A program made the translations under genes and the position numbers. Below, piece by piece: positions 38,295 through 52,900 of a stretch of 64,000 nt of DNA; within the stretch, counting starts at the first letter, position 1, and each line of letters starts with the position of its first letter. The notes under the pieces were generated by a model. That model ran no database searches, had not been told where the DNA came from, and was given only the letters and a program-made list of their open reading frames with translations. The stretch lies in assembly GCF_009914755.1 (NCBI RefSeq), contig NC_060926.1; one strand, 5' to 3'. The DNA comes from the human T2T-CHM13v2.0 reference genome, Homo sapiens.

Positions 38295-39624
38295 TCTACT
38301 GAAAACTAGAAAAAAAAAATCACCTATGACTAACATAACTTCATCCCTAAAAAAATCTAAGGGAATCGATTTTTAAAAACTATATTTGATAAAATAATTT
38401 TAGTTAAACAAAACAAGTAAACAAACCTCAGTAATATTCCTGTACAAGAATTGGATAAAGAAGGGATAAGATAGAACAAAAGATTCCATTTATTCTCAAA
38501 AATAAAGCACAAAATCTAGTTTTATATGCACACAGTTTTGTTATCAAGATAACTAGACTTCTATTTCTAACTGCATGGTAGACCAGATACAGTGAATGGT
38601 CTTTCTTATAGCAATAATAAATAATAATAACACTGATTAAAACAGAAAAGCAATTATTAAAAACACATTGTCAATCAGGTAAAAATTGTAAATATCTGCA
38701 AAGACCAAAGACAAAAACAAAGTACCAGAAACTCATAGGTAAATTGTACCCAAAACAACTTTTATCCAGAGCATTTCTGAAAATTCCTGGAGATCTTGAG
38801 CCACACAAATTTCTGGGATGGAGGAGGAGGCCTAGGGCCATCCAAGACAGTCTGTCAGGAAAACTTCACAGAAACCTGCATTCCTGATGTGTACCCTCAG
38901 TCTAAGTGTAAACAAAATCTAAACCTACTACATATAGAGAAATAGCAAGCATATCTTATGCCTAGATTTTGAGGCTAGATGTAGGGGAGGACATCTTCAT
39001 TCAGCCAAGTCCAAAATGCAATGAGTTTGTAAACCAAATTACCTTGAATCCAAAACATTCAAGGGCAGAATTTCATTGAAATAACTCTCCTGTAACTCTG
39101 AGTGCTTGGAAAAGCTAAAAAGTGATTGTCTCTGGAAGAGTACAACTTCTATTTGATTCTCAAACATTTTCCACAAATGAAGTTTTAGAAAAAATATCAG
39201 TTCATTGTCTACAATTTTAAAAAGAAAAATGATAAAGAGACAGAAAATAGTTATCCATATTAATCTAACATGTACTTCAGATATTAAAAACAACAGAGAT
39301 AATATATCTCATAAAAATGTTGTACTTTTTATAAATGACTTCATGAGCTAAAAGAAATCATAAAAAGGAACAAATTGATTTGAAAATGAGTAACAGAACT
39401 TCTATAAGTAAAATTTCTAGACACTTAATATAACCAGTAAGCAATAGATTAGATACAGCTGCAGGAAGAATTGGTAAATAGAAAACACATTTGATGAAAT
39501 TATATATGATGCAGACTAGTGAAACTAAGATATAGCAAACATAAAGTATAGAAGAAGAACCTATAATAAATGCCTGATAGAAGTTCCATAAGAAGACAGT
39601 GGCACAGAGGAAATAGCTAAAGAA

Positions 39625-42050
39625 ACTGTATTAAAATTAAGAACTTCTGTTTATCAAGAGACACCATTAATAATGTGAAAGGCAAATCAAAAGTGGAAGA
39701 GAATATTTAGATTGCACAAGATAGAGGACTTAGGCAGATATGAAAAAGTCTTATACGTATCAATTAGGAAATGACTTGTAATCCAATTTTTGTTTAAATA
39801 AATAAAGAAAATGTTAAAAGACATAACCAGGCATTTTACAAAAGAATATATTAAATGGCCAAAAGACATATGAAAATCTGCTCATTCTTATAAAATATCA
39901 GAGGGATATAAATTAAAACCATAATGACACAACTATACACCCGTCAAAAAATAAAATATAACAAAATGCCTATCCATACCGAGAGAAAAGCAAGAAGCAA
40001 CTGAAACTTTTATACATTACTACATCAGGATTAATTATTTAGCCACTTTTTGAAAAATTGACAGTATCTGCAAAAGCTGAACATACGCATATTCTATGCT
40101 ATCACATTTTCACTTATACGTATATACCCAGCACGAATATATACATATGTACTCCAGAAATTGGTATAGCTATGTTCGTAGCACAAATTTTCCTAATAAT
40201 CAAAAGATGGAGACCAGCCACATGTTCATCCATATAGATACATAAATTACTAGAATTGGATATTATATAAACATAATCAATATCATCGTCATCACTCTTG
40301 AACCAAAAAAGCCAGAGACAAAAAGGTGTACAGGATAATTCAAATTATAAAGTTCAAAAACATTCAAAATTAACATATGTTACTAGAAGTAAAGACAGTG
40401 GTTGGGATTTTGTAGGAAGGGATGATGAAGGGAAAATTGCAAGTGGAGAACTTTGATAACTGAAAGGGGGAAGAATGCTGTTTCCAATAGAAAGAAAAAT
40501 TATAATAGACTTGAAATAATGCTCTACATGCGTCTATGCACAAATTCTTTAAAAAAATTATATACTTTTGATGATATTAAAGAAGACCTAAAAATAAGAA
40601 ATATATTCCCCTATAGGACAAGAAGACTGAATATGAGAATGTAAATTTTTTCTATTTTTACTTTTAGATTTAATGAAATTCCAAACCAAATATCTACAGA
40701 ATTGTTCATGGAAATGACAAATTTTTTTCTAAAATTTCTATGATAATACAAGAAGAACAGGGTTCTCCTAAAAGAGAAATGGGGTGACTTGCCCTAACAG
40801 GTAGCAAGACTTACTATAAACTGTGCTATTTAAAATTTATGCACATGTGCAAACAACATTTATAGTTGAGCTGACCCTCCAGATCAGTAAGGAAAAAAAC
40901 AGACTACCTAATTTTTCTTGAGTAGTGGGTTATCTATACAAAATAATTAATTTATCTTTACCCCCTATAAATAATAATTTAATTGGAATAAAAACTTAAA
41001 TGTAAAAAGCAACATTATAAAACTTTTAGGAAACAAGAAAAAGAAATGTGTTCATGACCTCATAACAAGGAATTTCTTAAACACCAAAAATGTGTGAACA
41101 CTAAGAGAAAAGATCACAAATTTAAGAAGTTCTGTTATGACCCAGTGAGTAAAAGGCAAGCTTTACTTTGGAATGATATTTGCACATCATATGATAAATT
41201 ATTAAACTTTTATCATAAAAGATTACCTCAAAGCAATACAAAAAGCCAAATATTTTTACAGAAACATATACAGAAGGCATGAAGAAAAGAGAAAATAAGA
41301 ATGAGCCATAAATGTCTGAAAATAGTTGGGGTCTCATTGACAATGAGAAACGTGTAATTTTTAAACATGGTATGTGAAAAAAAATTAGCTACCATTTCAC
41401 ATCCCTGATTGGTAAACATTAAAAACTTGAACAGTACCAGATGTTGGAGAAATTCCTTAGCAAAACAAACTCATCTATTTATTGCGGCGCAATTGTACAT
41501 TGGCACAACCACTTTGGAAAAGGGTTTAACATTACTGAGTAATGCTCCATTCTACTTCTAGGGAAACATGACAGAGAAACTCGTGACCACGTGCAGTGAG
41601 AGACATATACAAGAATGTTCGTATCACCCTTTTTCACAAAGGCAAAAAAAGGAAATGTCCAAATATCTATCAATGACAGATAAACTCTAGAATATTCTTA
41701 CAGCAGTTAAAATGTTAACTACATTAGGACTACACAGTGACTTGTAACCACACGGATAAACAATTGAAGCATTATATTGCTGCAGAGAGGCAAATCAAAG
41801 AAGCATTCAAGCCACATGTTCTTGAAGTGTGCATGAATAGAAGATAAACTACCTTTAATTAAAGTGTGAGGCTGATGAAAGCAGAATCCAAAATCGTGGT
41901 TACCTGGGGGACAGATAACACTATGCTGTCAGTGAGGGACACCCTGACCATTTCTAGAGTCCTGGTGACATTCTTTTTATTAAACTGAGTTTTGACTATG
42001 TGGGTAGCCATATCGTTATTCTTGAAATTTTACATATGCATTTTCTAAAA
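39625..42050 (+). mobile_element. Old L1ME-type ORF2/3'UTR fragments, at least two tandem pieces
   Basis: ATTAAAATTAAGAACTTCTGTTTATCAAGAGACACCAT; AAATGGCCAAAAGACATATGAAAATCTGCTCA; GGCACAACCACTTTGGAAA. Confidence 0.7.
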
Positions 42051-42239
42051 TTTCTCTGTTTCACTAGAATTAGTTTAAATTATTAAGAAAAGAGAAAAAT
42101 ACCCTGCTTTTTGAACTATTTTAAAGAATTGAATAAAAGAACACATAAATCTATTAGACTAGAAGGCAAAACATAAGAGATGTTTGAGATTTCTGTACAG
42201 ATCTAAATTGCAGAAAACAATTGTTCTTTGGAATCTGAC

Positions 42240-42388
42240 TATATACAAATATATATATATATAAAGGTACATATATATGTTGCATATATATTATATATAA
42301 GTTGCATGTATATAGCCATATATATATGGCCATATATATACATATACATATGTATATATGTATACGTATACATATATACATATATATG
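42240..42388. repeat. (TA)/(TATG)-type microsatellite
   Basis: Alternating purine-pyrimidine tract. Confidence 0.9.
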
Positions 42389-45060
42389 CACAACTTATAC
42401 AACTAAGAATATTCTGGAAAGACCAGAACCTCAGTATATTCCTTTCTGTGGTTCCACAGGTCTCCCCAGGTGGGAGTTTGAAGGGCTCAAGAAAAAGCCA
42501 GAAATTTTGCTGAGGTCTGTATCGTGCCTCCATGGCAGCCGCTATCTCTTTTTTCTCTCTGTTTTTGCTTTTGCCCAGCTCATACCAGTTCCCCTCCTGT
42601 ATCACTGCTAACCTCCTCCAGATCACAAGTGTCCTTTCCATCACATACTCCTGACCACATTGCTGCCTGCTACCTCTTTCAATCTGAGAGCCACCATGTT
42701 TAGCTAGAGGTGCACAGGTGGAGACCCTGATCTGTCCTGAATCCCTGGAGCATCCCGTAGTGTGTGTGTGGATGTGGCGGATCGGCGGGGGGGCGGAATG
42801 TGTTTTTTAATATGTTGCCAGCTTGGGCAGCTTGCCAGTCTCAGATGTCTATAATAACCCCTTTGTTCTAGAGAACTGTGTCTCTTCTCACGGCAGAATC
42901 TTTCAGAGGAGGGCCACAGAGCAGAATTGAGCCTGTTTTCCTTTTTATTATAGCTTTTTCCTTTCAAAGATACAAATTCAAGGAGTGTCAGGGACAGGCA
43001 GATGATTCTTTTAGGCACAAGAAGAGACCAGACGCATCTGCACACTTTCTCTGTATCTCTGCATCTCTGAGCTGCTGTCACACTTAGCCTCCTCTGGCAA
43101 ATTTCCCCCTTTCCCAGTGTTGTTCTTTTCAGAGTACCTTTGCTTCTTCACACACGTTGGCTTTCCTCGCCACCATCCCACCCCACATTTGTTAAACACC
43201 TCTGCAGGTGTCCGTGCTAAAATTATCAAGATACGGAAAAAATTAAAGACTATAATAGAATAAATTACCCCAATATATTAGCAAAAAATTTACCTGAAAA
43301 CACTAGATCTCTCTAGAAATACCAGAATTCAAATTATAGCAAATGAGATAATGTTATAGATGTATTAACATATGAAGATAAAGATAATATAATTATCTAA
43401 TGCAAGCACAATTATAGATAATTGATAAATTGTAATGCCATTTAACATTAGTACTTTCAGAAAGCAAAATGACATAATATAAAGCCATAGAGATATTGGT
43501 AAAAGAAAACTATATAATACACATAATATGTGCACACAATATCTTTTGGGGAGGGGCATTTTACTGTAACCTATAAAGATGAAACATTTCACTCTAACCT
43601 GCTAAATCTAAAGCAAACAAAATTCAGTCTACCACCACCATCAACAATGACAAAAAATTAGGAAAGTAAACTATGTATTTAATATTAAGATATTTTAATA
43701 CATTGTGGCATATCAACAAATAAACCATAATTTAAAAGTTATGATATTTAGGAACAAAAACATGTAACCTATAAATGATTTATGGCATATTAATAAAAAT
43801 TAGTAGTTAAAAATTTACAAATGCACATTCTGCATATTGAATCTGATGTACACATTTGAAAATAGTTATTTTGTCATGAAGTGCAGTTGGATTACAAACT
43901 TGAAGTTATTTGCTTAAACAAAATGAAATTGCCAAGTTTCAACTGTTTTTGACCTAGAAAAAAGGAAATGGCATATGGTAATATCTAACATACTAAAAAG
44001 GCTATACCTTGGAAAAATGAGAATACTAATTTGCTCTCAAAGAATGTATCTATCAAAGAGGGTATCTATAAAGGTAGGAAGTGATAGATCCCACAGATTT
44101 CTTAACCCTCTTCTGTTGAATAGTAAATGCTTTGACATTTTAAGATGCATTTTAAAAGTTCTTTGAACCCATATATTTGTTTATTTGCTACATGACACTA
44201 AATATTTTCTAGTCTTCCCCTCACTTATGAAGCCACAAGCATAAGACAGTGATGAACGAAGGGCACCTAATGGCAGTCAAGCCCATATTTCTAATAAAAT
44301 TCCAGCGTGCCCTCTGACACAGGGCTTCAAGCCTATCCTGCTGTCTTTTAGCTTCTCCTGCCTATGCAAATCCATTTGGCCGAAACAACCTGAGAAAACT
44401 AGAATTATTTGCAGAATCACTGCAAGAGAGTTCAAGCATGGAAGAATCATTATTCATAATTTGCTGCCTATGGTAAAAATCAGTACCAGTCTGTTCATTT
44501 TCACTTACTTATTCACTTGATAAATCATCGAGTAGACATGATTTTCAGCCTCCCCCAAGAAAGACAAAATTCTTTCAGAAAATAATCACTCAATGATTTA
44601 AGCTGAAAATATAAATGTAGTGCATACAGTACATAGAAATCTCTGTCAGCTATATAAATCTTATACACGTCCTCCTTCTCTTCTGTGGTATGACAGTGCT
44701 AAGAGACCAAAGAATGTTTATAAGCAAAGATTTTTAAAAATTCTCAATGTCAAGAGTTTCTCATGACATTTTCAAAAATAAAACAAGTTGGATATAAACT
44801 CCACCCAGTGAATCAATTTGAGGAAAATGACTTTTTTTTTTTTTTTAACTCTGGATGAGACCAGATTTCTGGTAGAGCCATTTTTAAAGGAAGTGGGCTG
44901 ATAAGTCTAAACAACAAAAAGGCACAAATGAGCAGAAAATCAGATATAAAGCAGGAACAAAATGGGCGGGTAGAGTACTAAGGATAATTTTTTTTAGACA
45001 TAAATGGTGAAAGAGGAAATATGTGTGTGAATGCCCATTGTTGATTTTGTGTTAATCACC

Positions 45061-45425
45061 TGTGTTAGGCTATGTCATGGTAACAAACAACTCCCAATCT
45101 CAGTGGCTGATGAGGACAATGGCCTATTTCTCACCTTTGTTGGTTGGAATCCAGACTGAAGAAGCAGCCTGCCTGCATCTCGAACATGTAGTCTCATGGC
45201 ACAGGGAGAGAATCAATGGTGGGTTAAGGAATGGCTCTTTGAACTTCTCAGATGTAGCCTACTTCATTTCTGCTGGCCTTCTATTGGCCAAAGCAAGTCA
45301 CATGGCCAAGCCTGACATCAGTGAAAGGTGATATTATATTCCTCTTGCAGGGAGGGGCCCTTCAATGAAGGATCTAATAGAGAAGGGTAGCAAACACTTG
45401 GGAAGAATAATACAATATACTATAA
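45061..45425 (-). mobile_element. MLT1-family MaLR LTR, antisense
   Basis: GTTAGGCTATGTCATGGTAACAAACAACTCCCAATCTCAGTGGCT...ATTGGCCAAAGCAAGTCACATGGCCAAGCCTGACATCA. Confidence 0.8.
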
Positions 45426-46001
45426 TTTCCTACAAAATCTGCTATCTATCTCAGATGGAATTTTTTAGATAAACTTTACTTAAATCAAAGAAAATGGAAT
45501 TGTTCAGTTGTCTCAACGGAAGCTTTGCACAGGTATTAATTACACTGGATTAAAAAGAAACTACTGTGAAGAGGCTGAAATTTTTTTTAACCATATAGCA
45601 GTCTCCTTAATTTATGTTCATATTTGAGGTAGGCATTATAGTATGAACTAAAGTTGATTGCTACCTGCATAACTTTATTCTTCTCATCTCATGATTTGTG
45701 GCTGGGGCTGTAAGGAGCTAGCAAGCATTGCCCTGTCTTCACTCCCTGAGATTGGAGCCAAATGTGAAACACAAAAGACAGAAAAATAGAGATGAACACA
45801 TTAGGTGCATTTACAGTAAAATCAGCTGGACAATGTAACCTTAGATCCTCCCATAAAAGAGCTGAATAATACTCACTGCCCTAATCTTAAACAGACTGAT
45901 TCGACTATGACTGGCAAAACGGGACAAGTTCAAGTCTCCACCTCAAAGAGATGCACCTCACTGCATGGATTATTACAAACTAACTTTTACTCCTTCTACA
46001 G

Positions 46002-46199
46002 GTGAACCAGCCTGAAAGAGGAGACATAAGTTAGCCTTTGCAGAGCATGCTCAACTACTACATCCAAGGATATCAACCAAACGATTTAGCACAATGAAAG
46101 TAGGCCAAGAACTTGAGTTTAGATGAAAGGAAAACATAAAGAGTATATAAACTTCTTAACACTTCAGCTTTCTATTCACTTAGCTCTTGATCTTACATG
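46002..46199 (+). other. Candidate spliced non-coding exon, 198 nt
   Basis: Branch-like ACTAAC, then TTTTACTCCTTCTACAG acceptor and ATG|GTAAGT donor; stops in all three frames. Confidence 0.35.
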
Positions 46200-48621
46200 G
46201 TAAGTCGATCGTTAAGCCGTGATGGAAGTATCCTCTACTTGCATCTTCACTAGAATGTTCCCACAGAACTGAGTATCTGGTTTTGTACATCTTTTTGATA
46301 CAACTGGTGGAGAGTTTAAAATGCTTCCAGGAAGGCTCCAAAATGAGACAAAACAGTACATTAATCAATTTGAAGGCATTTCTGTACTTAAGAAAAAGAA
46401 CCACTTCCTCTTATATGTTCCATCCTTTAAGTAAGCATTCAGTTGTTGCAGCCTGGGATGTTACACATTGGAAAGGGTTTGTTCCCTCAGGACCACCTAA
46501 GTTGCTTTTGTTCAATATCACATTTCTTATATGCCTCTTGCATTAAGGAGTCCAAAGAATTTAGGGCTATCACCGCACACATAGAAAACACACCAATCGT
46601 AACTCTAATGGATTTATCTGGAGCCAAGTTATGTCGCCAGAATCCAGTACTTAATAAAGCCGAAGAGTCCTTTATCAGGAATGATAAAAAAAAAAAAAGA
46701 AGATCATAATGTGTCATCTTTAGCTGGGAGATGCTAAAGAGGAAAACAGAATGGCATAAGCTGAGCATGCTAAATTCCTTCCAAACCATCATTCTGGTAA
46801 TGCACCCCTCTTCTCTTGCAGGGATGAGGGGTGGAGAGAAAAGCCAGAAGTGTTAGTCAGCTGGAGAGCCTCCACATGTTGATATGAGAAGTTAGGATTC
46901 AGTACTCCTTCCTAACACGCAGATATAATTGCATGGACAAGGTCCAGTCTTTACAGAAGTAAACAGAAGGATAGCTTTGCTATTTCCTGTCTTCTGAGAT
47001 CCAAATAATTCTACACATCTGCTCAAAGGTCCTTTGCAAGATGCTTCCTCTCTAACCATAAATCCATAGACCACAGATAATGCAAAATAGACTGTAATTA
47101 ATTCAGACCTGGCAGTGACTGAGTCAGCACTTCTCTTGGGATTCAGTAAAGGCTATTAAGTTAGCAAGATAACTCCTCAGGCAGGAATCAGAGTAAATTA
47201 AATATATACTATATTTATAAACACCACCTTCTTTAATAAATAACCTTCAATTAATTATATTCAAAATGTATGGTAGATTATTGACATATATGAGGGTTAA
47301 AAATGGCATTTATTCATATGACAAGGTCTTAGCAAATATAAGAGGAGCTATGAACAAATGATAAATAAAAGAAGATTGTAATTCCAAGTTCTGGTTACAC
47401 TACCTGTAATGATTAATTCACTTTTTGGCCATACTTTAAGCATCTCGATTAATTATCACAGGCTGAGAAAGGCCTCAAAGGAAAAATTTCCTACCTTAGA
47501 ACATCTGGTTTATAAGCTATTTATTCCAGCCCATAAAAACTTAAATTCCATGTATTGTATTTCTATTCCTTCTATTATATTTCCACTAAAGTGTCATTCA
47601 GACCATTCTAATTGGCCATGAGTAAGAGAATCCAATGGATTGCACCTGAAATGCTAAGTAAATATGTATCTAAATCCTATCTGTGTTTGATGATCCACTG
47701 TATATCTCTTCTACACCAGAAAAGTTTCTCAAAGTCTCAAAAATTCATGGCCAGCTATTTATGCAATAAATTTGCATGGCTAGATATCACTATAAATGCA
47801 TACGTTTTGTCACACAAACAGATGTGAGCACTGTATGGATATAACGTATACTATGGCTACTTTCAAGATCATTTGAGGTCATTTATAATAAAATTACATT
47901 TAAAGTAGAATAAATAAACATCTTGGAAAATATTTAGAAACCCATGAACCATCAAGCAAAGATCAATTTGATATCTGATGCTGAACTGTAGATATCTGTG
48001 TGTTTTTGACCAATAAGATGAGCAGGTGACAAAGATGACATTCAATTATGCAAATAAAAGAGCCCGACTTATTTTCTTGGCTGGATATGGGAGCATCTAT
48101 CACCATACTGTACTCATAGAAACAGACTTTTTACCCCTAAAGTTGTTTTTGGGTTCTACTTCTTAGGGTAGGGGTGTTACAACAGGGATCTGAACATATC
48201 TTTTTTTTTTTTAATCAAGTTATCTGTCTGCCATCTCAGAGTGACTTTTGTAGAACATATACATCTTGGCTGCACATTTTTTTTTCTAAATGAGTAATTC
48301 TAAAATCAGTCCCTAGTAGATAATAGGTGGAATTCAATGTTTCTCATTTCAGTGTTGGGGAATGCTAGACAAAAATAAATTTTGTAGTTTTGGTCTAGCT
48401 GTTAAAATAATAAAATACTTCGTTGTTCTAATTGTTTCTCTTTACATTAGTAGTCAGAAGAATAAGGTAAATTCTGAAAAACAGATAATTAATATCCTAA
48501 TCCATTAAATAAATATTTGTTACTATATAAAGACCATATGTAAGGTGTTGGTCTTCAAAGATAGAATGGATAAGAACAAAGGTTTAGTAAAGAAGAAAAA
48601 CATTCAAATATATAATCATAA

Positions 48622-48952
<331 letters not shown>

Positions 48953-51900
48953 TATAATGTGTTTAATTCCTAAATAATAGTCTGTATGGTGAAATTATGA
49001 ATGGTCTACTAGAAGATTCTCGATTTTCTTTGTCCTGACCAATAACCATGCTTGCAATATATCTAAAAGATAAATCATATTATTTAAGGATATGTTAATG
49101 TGTTATGGATTTGAGGGAAAATCCTCACTATATTACTTTATAATTACATGCACACAGTCAATGCACTATTATTTCTCAGGCTGATTCTGCGAGATATATA
49201 AACATACAATCCTTAAAGCTACACTAATATCCTGGGAACTATGACTAACAGCTCATGTAATATCCTTTTCCTTAAATCCTACGTCAAGGTAGTCATACTG
49301 CCAATAATCAATATATAGACATACATGGTATATTTAGCAAATGCACAAATATATATATATATAATATTGATTATTTATTGAATGACCTTTATAGAAAGTA
49401 TTTGGATATTCATTATTGTTTTCCACTACTTTTGTTTTAAATTCACCTTCAAGTATGTACAGGGAACACTGTGACAATCAAAAGCTCATTAAGAGATTGA
49501 ATATGGATTATGTAAGTTACAAAGCAGAATATTAATCAGATTTTTAACAGATTTGCCTTTTAAAAACATTGAATTACTTAGAGAATTCGGCATCATGTCT
49601 GTTAACTTTCAAAGTGTCCTTCTACTGCAATAAAATTAAGACTGAGAAATTAGCAGTGTACATAGTTACACCATTGTTCTGGCTTGATCCAAGGATTTGA
49701 ACTTCTTCAAATTAACTATTGTGCATTTAGCCCAAACGGACCCTCAATTCCTAGCTTTTTAAGAAATGTTTATCAAATAAAACAAGAACATTAATACCTT
49801 CAAGCCATCCACAGCCCTCCTTCTGCATCACTATGGTAAGTATGGGATCACAGAACAAGAAAGCCCAGACTTGCAACCCTGGCCTCGCAATTATCCATGA
49901 GCATTTTGGCAAGTGTCTGATGCAGGCTTTGCCCTGTGCAAGCCAGGGAGGTGGGTGAGATATGACACAGTGCTTATTTTGATGGCGCTTAAATTCTTGA
50001 TTCCTCTTTTTTCCTCTTCTAACATAAAAGCAATCATCGTGTTCATTGAATGATGGCTGTAAACCTTGCACAAAGGAATTCTATCTTTCAAATTTCCACT
50101 TCTCATTATCCACATGAAGTATGCTTAATCAAAATTATTGATTAATTGTACATGTGAAAAAGTAAATGATTGACTGCAGCCACTGTGATACACTGGCATG
50201 CCCATTCCCCTCAATTTTTCAAACAATGGATGCTTTCTAATGTGAAAGCAATAGCCTTCCAGAACTAAGATTTACTTGAGTATACAAAGAATTTCAAAAG
50301 AAGAGTAAAGGGTTCATTAATTTACCAAGTTACTATTAGTCTATGTTGGTCTTCATCCAGAAAACATTCACCAGAGGGAGGTTGTAAAGTATGCTTTTCT
50401 ATGTCCAAATGACACGTATACTCTATTAAGTGCTTAGAGCTGCACTGGTGTGGCAGCAAACAATACTAACCATCACTCACAAGATCTGAGATGTGACAAA
50501 TGATAATGAGCTAAAGCTCTGCTCCATCCCCACATTCAATTTGAGGATCTTTCTGGATAAAAAGGCTATTACATCCAGAGATGTCATTGCCATCACAACA
50601 GTCAATAGAAAAGTCATTTATTTTTAAGGAGCTTTACTTCATATGTTAACCTTTCCAGATTTAAGTTCTAAATTCTCCAGGATCAATTAGAATTAATCCA
50701 AAGCATAATATCAGACTATGCTTCCCTTTTATTTATTTATTTTTAATAATACCTACCAGAAACAGACAGGCACACCAATTGTGCTGTTCAATAGCCCTAT
50801 ACAAAGAAAAACATTTCCTGCCTATGATCATTACACAATGCAAATATTTTCCTGGAGAATCTTATAATTCATCATGCTAAATAGGAAAATGGCATGGCCT
50901 TTGTGCAGTCGACTGTAAGTACCCGGAAGAAAGCTCACTGGTCTCTTGATGAGTTGGGACCAATGATGAGTTGGATAGGAGCGACTCCCTCCATCTCCAT
51001 CTGCTGCCACTTCATTCCACTAGGGATTAATTGACTTGAACCAAATTATCAGATACTCTCTGTGCAATTGCTTGATGAGTTGATGATGATTTCAATTCAA
51101 CCACTGATTAACTTGTTGGAATGCCCAGGTGAAGTGATAATTGTTTTAGAAATCTGAATTTAAAATTTAAAACTAAATTTCTGCTGACAACATAGAAGAA
51201 ACAGAACTTAATCAGGGAAAGCCTGTACTAAAACGTATTTGCTGCAGCAGTAAGGAAACTCAAAAGATTGGTTTTATCTTTGATGCATGTGCTTTAAAAC
51301 ATCAGTGGCATGTCTGCCGTCCATTTTTCGTTCTCAGAACAATAGAAATGGTTTAAAACATTATGTAAAGAATGTATAGCAGATTTTTGAATCAACAACT
51401 GTGAAGAAACAATGTGAATAACCAAATTAAAGATGTGACAGTTGAGAAATTGGAAACAAGTTATTATGGAGCATGTGTACACTCAAGGTTCGTAAAAGGT
51501 TCTTAAAATAGAATTAATCCTTACAAGCCACTAATGTTTCTGTACTAGATTAATGCTACTATTCACAGAGGCTGATCATCCCCAAGGAAGTTCACAGTAC
51601 ATCAAACTAACACTGTTCACTAAAGGACAATTATATTTGGTAGAAATAATCCCCTTGAAAGTAGAAAAGGAAAAGAAAATCAATCACTTCATGATTTAAT
51701 GAACTATCCAAAGCAATGCTGGCCATTACCAAACATGAACTACGGTGACAATAATTAGAACTCACCTCGTTAGGGGAAAACATTCACATTTTAGACTACT
51801 TTAAATTAAAACTCATTAAAATTTAGTTTATATTCTTTACCAAAAAAAACCTATCAGCAATTTTGAAAATGCAACACAAGTTCTAGATATCCACTAATGA

Positions 51901-52724
51901 TGTGACTATTCATTTAAGAAATATTTATTACCTTTAAATAGGCAGGTAGTCACTGTAATACCTATCAAAAACGTTTTTTGTTTAAATGTGGATGTACTTC
52001 CTTCTGGTCAATGTTTGTCTCAATAATGACGATTAAATCTTATATTAACAAATGCAGGAACATGTTAAATGGAATGGAGAACTTGTCTTTAACAACTTGT
52101 TTTGTGTCTAGCAAAATCCTAGCCTTGTCCCTCACTTCCCTTTCTGTATACCCTACTCAAAGTCTTGACCAAGCATCTCTGATGCTGAGCACGGGTCCAC
52201 TAGCTAAGTTCACAACTTTGTTTATGTTCCCCGTTTGCCTCTAAGACTCAGCATTTCTATCTCTACCTGACATCCAGCCCCTAGTCAAGTCCAGGTAGAA
52301 TTAGTAGGTATTTTCAGTCATAGTTAGTATCTCCTTGGGGGGCCTCTCATGTCCTTTTTATGCATATCTCTATTATAGCACTTTTCAGGGTTTTTCACAG
52401 CTGGGTATTTATAAAGGTTTCTTCCTCCTAGACGTGGAGATCCTGGAAGGAAGAGTCTACATCTTTGTTAGCTCAGAGATGGAAACCTAGGTAGAAAATT
52501 TGAATTAGGGAAATTAGTACAGAAAGTTGGAAATCCATCTGGGAAAGAATCCATCATCTCTCACTGATGATTTCAATTAGTCCGACTTTTTACAAGCTTA
52601 AAGCAAAATCGACAGACGTGAAATATAGTAACTGATCCCATTATAAAAATTTGATCTTTACCATATTCACATATCCAAAAATTGTATTTCTATGAAGGTT
52701 TTTGTCATATAATTAGTGGTTAAT

Positions 52725-52900
52725 CAGTGTTATTCATGGATATGGGGTTCAAGTTCTACCTATGCTACTTAATTACATGAATATGGAGAAATTCTGTCAA
52801 CTCCCTAAGGCTCAGTTTCCTCATGGGAAAATGGTGATGAAAATAGTGTTATCTTATAGGACTTTTAAAATAATTAAATGATTTGAATGCATAAAAAGCA
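52725..52900 (+). mobile_element. MIR SINE
   Basis: GGGGTTCAAGTTCTACC...CTAAGGCTCAGTTTCCTCATGGGAAAATGGTGATGAAAATAG. Confidence 0.75.

Noticed and set aside
50947-51112. TGATGAGTTG three times plus a downstream CTGA, resembling a C/D-box snoRNA
   Set aside because: The only C/D pair with a closing stem spans under 40 nt and I see no rRNA guide; an Rfam/snoscan search would be needed to revive it.
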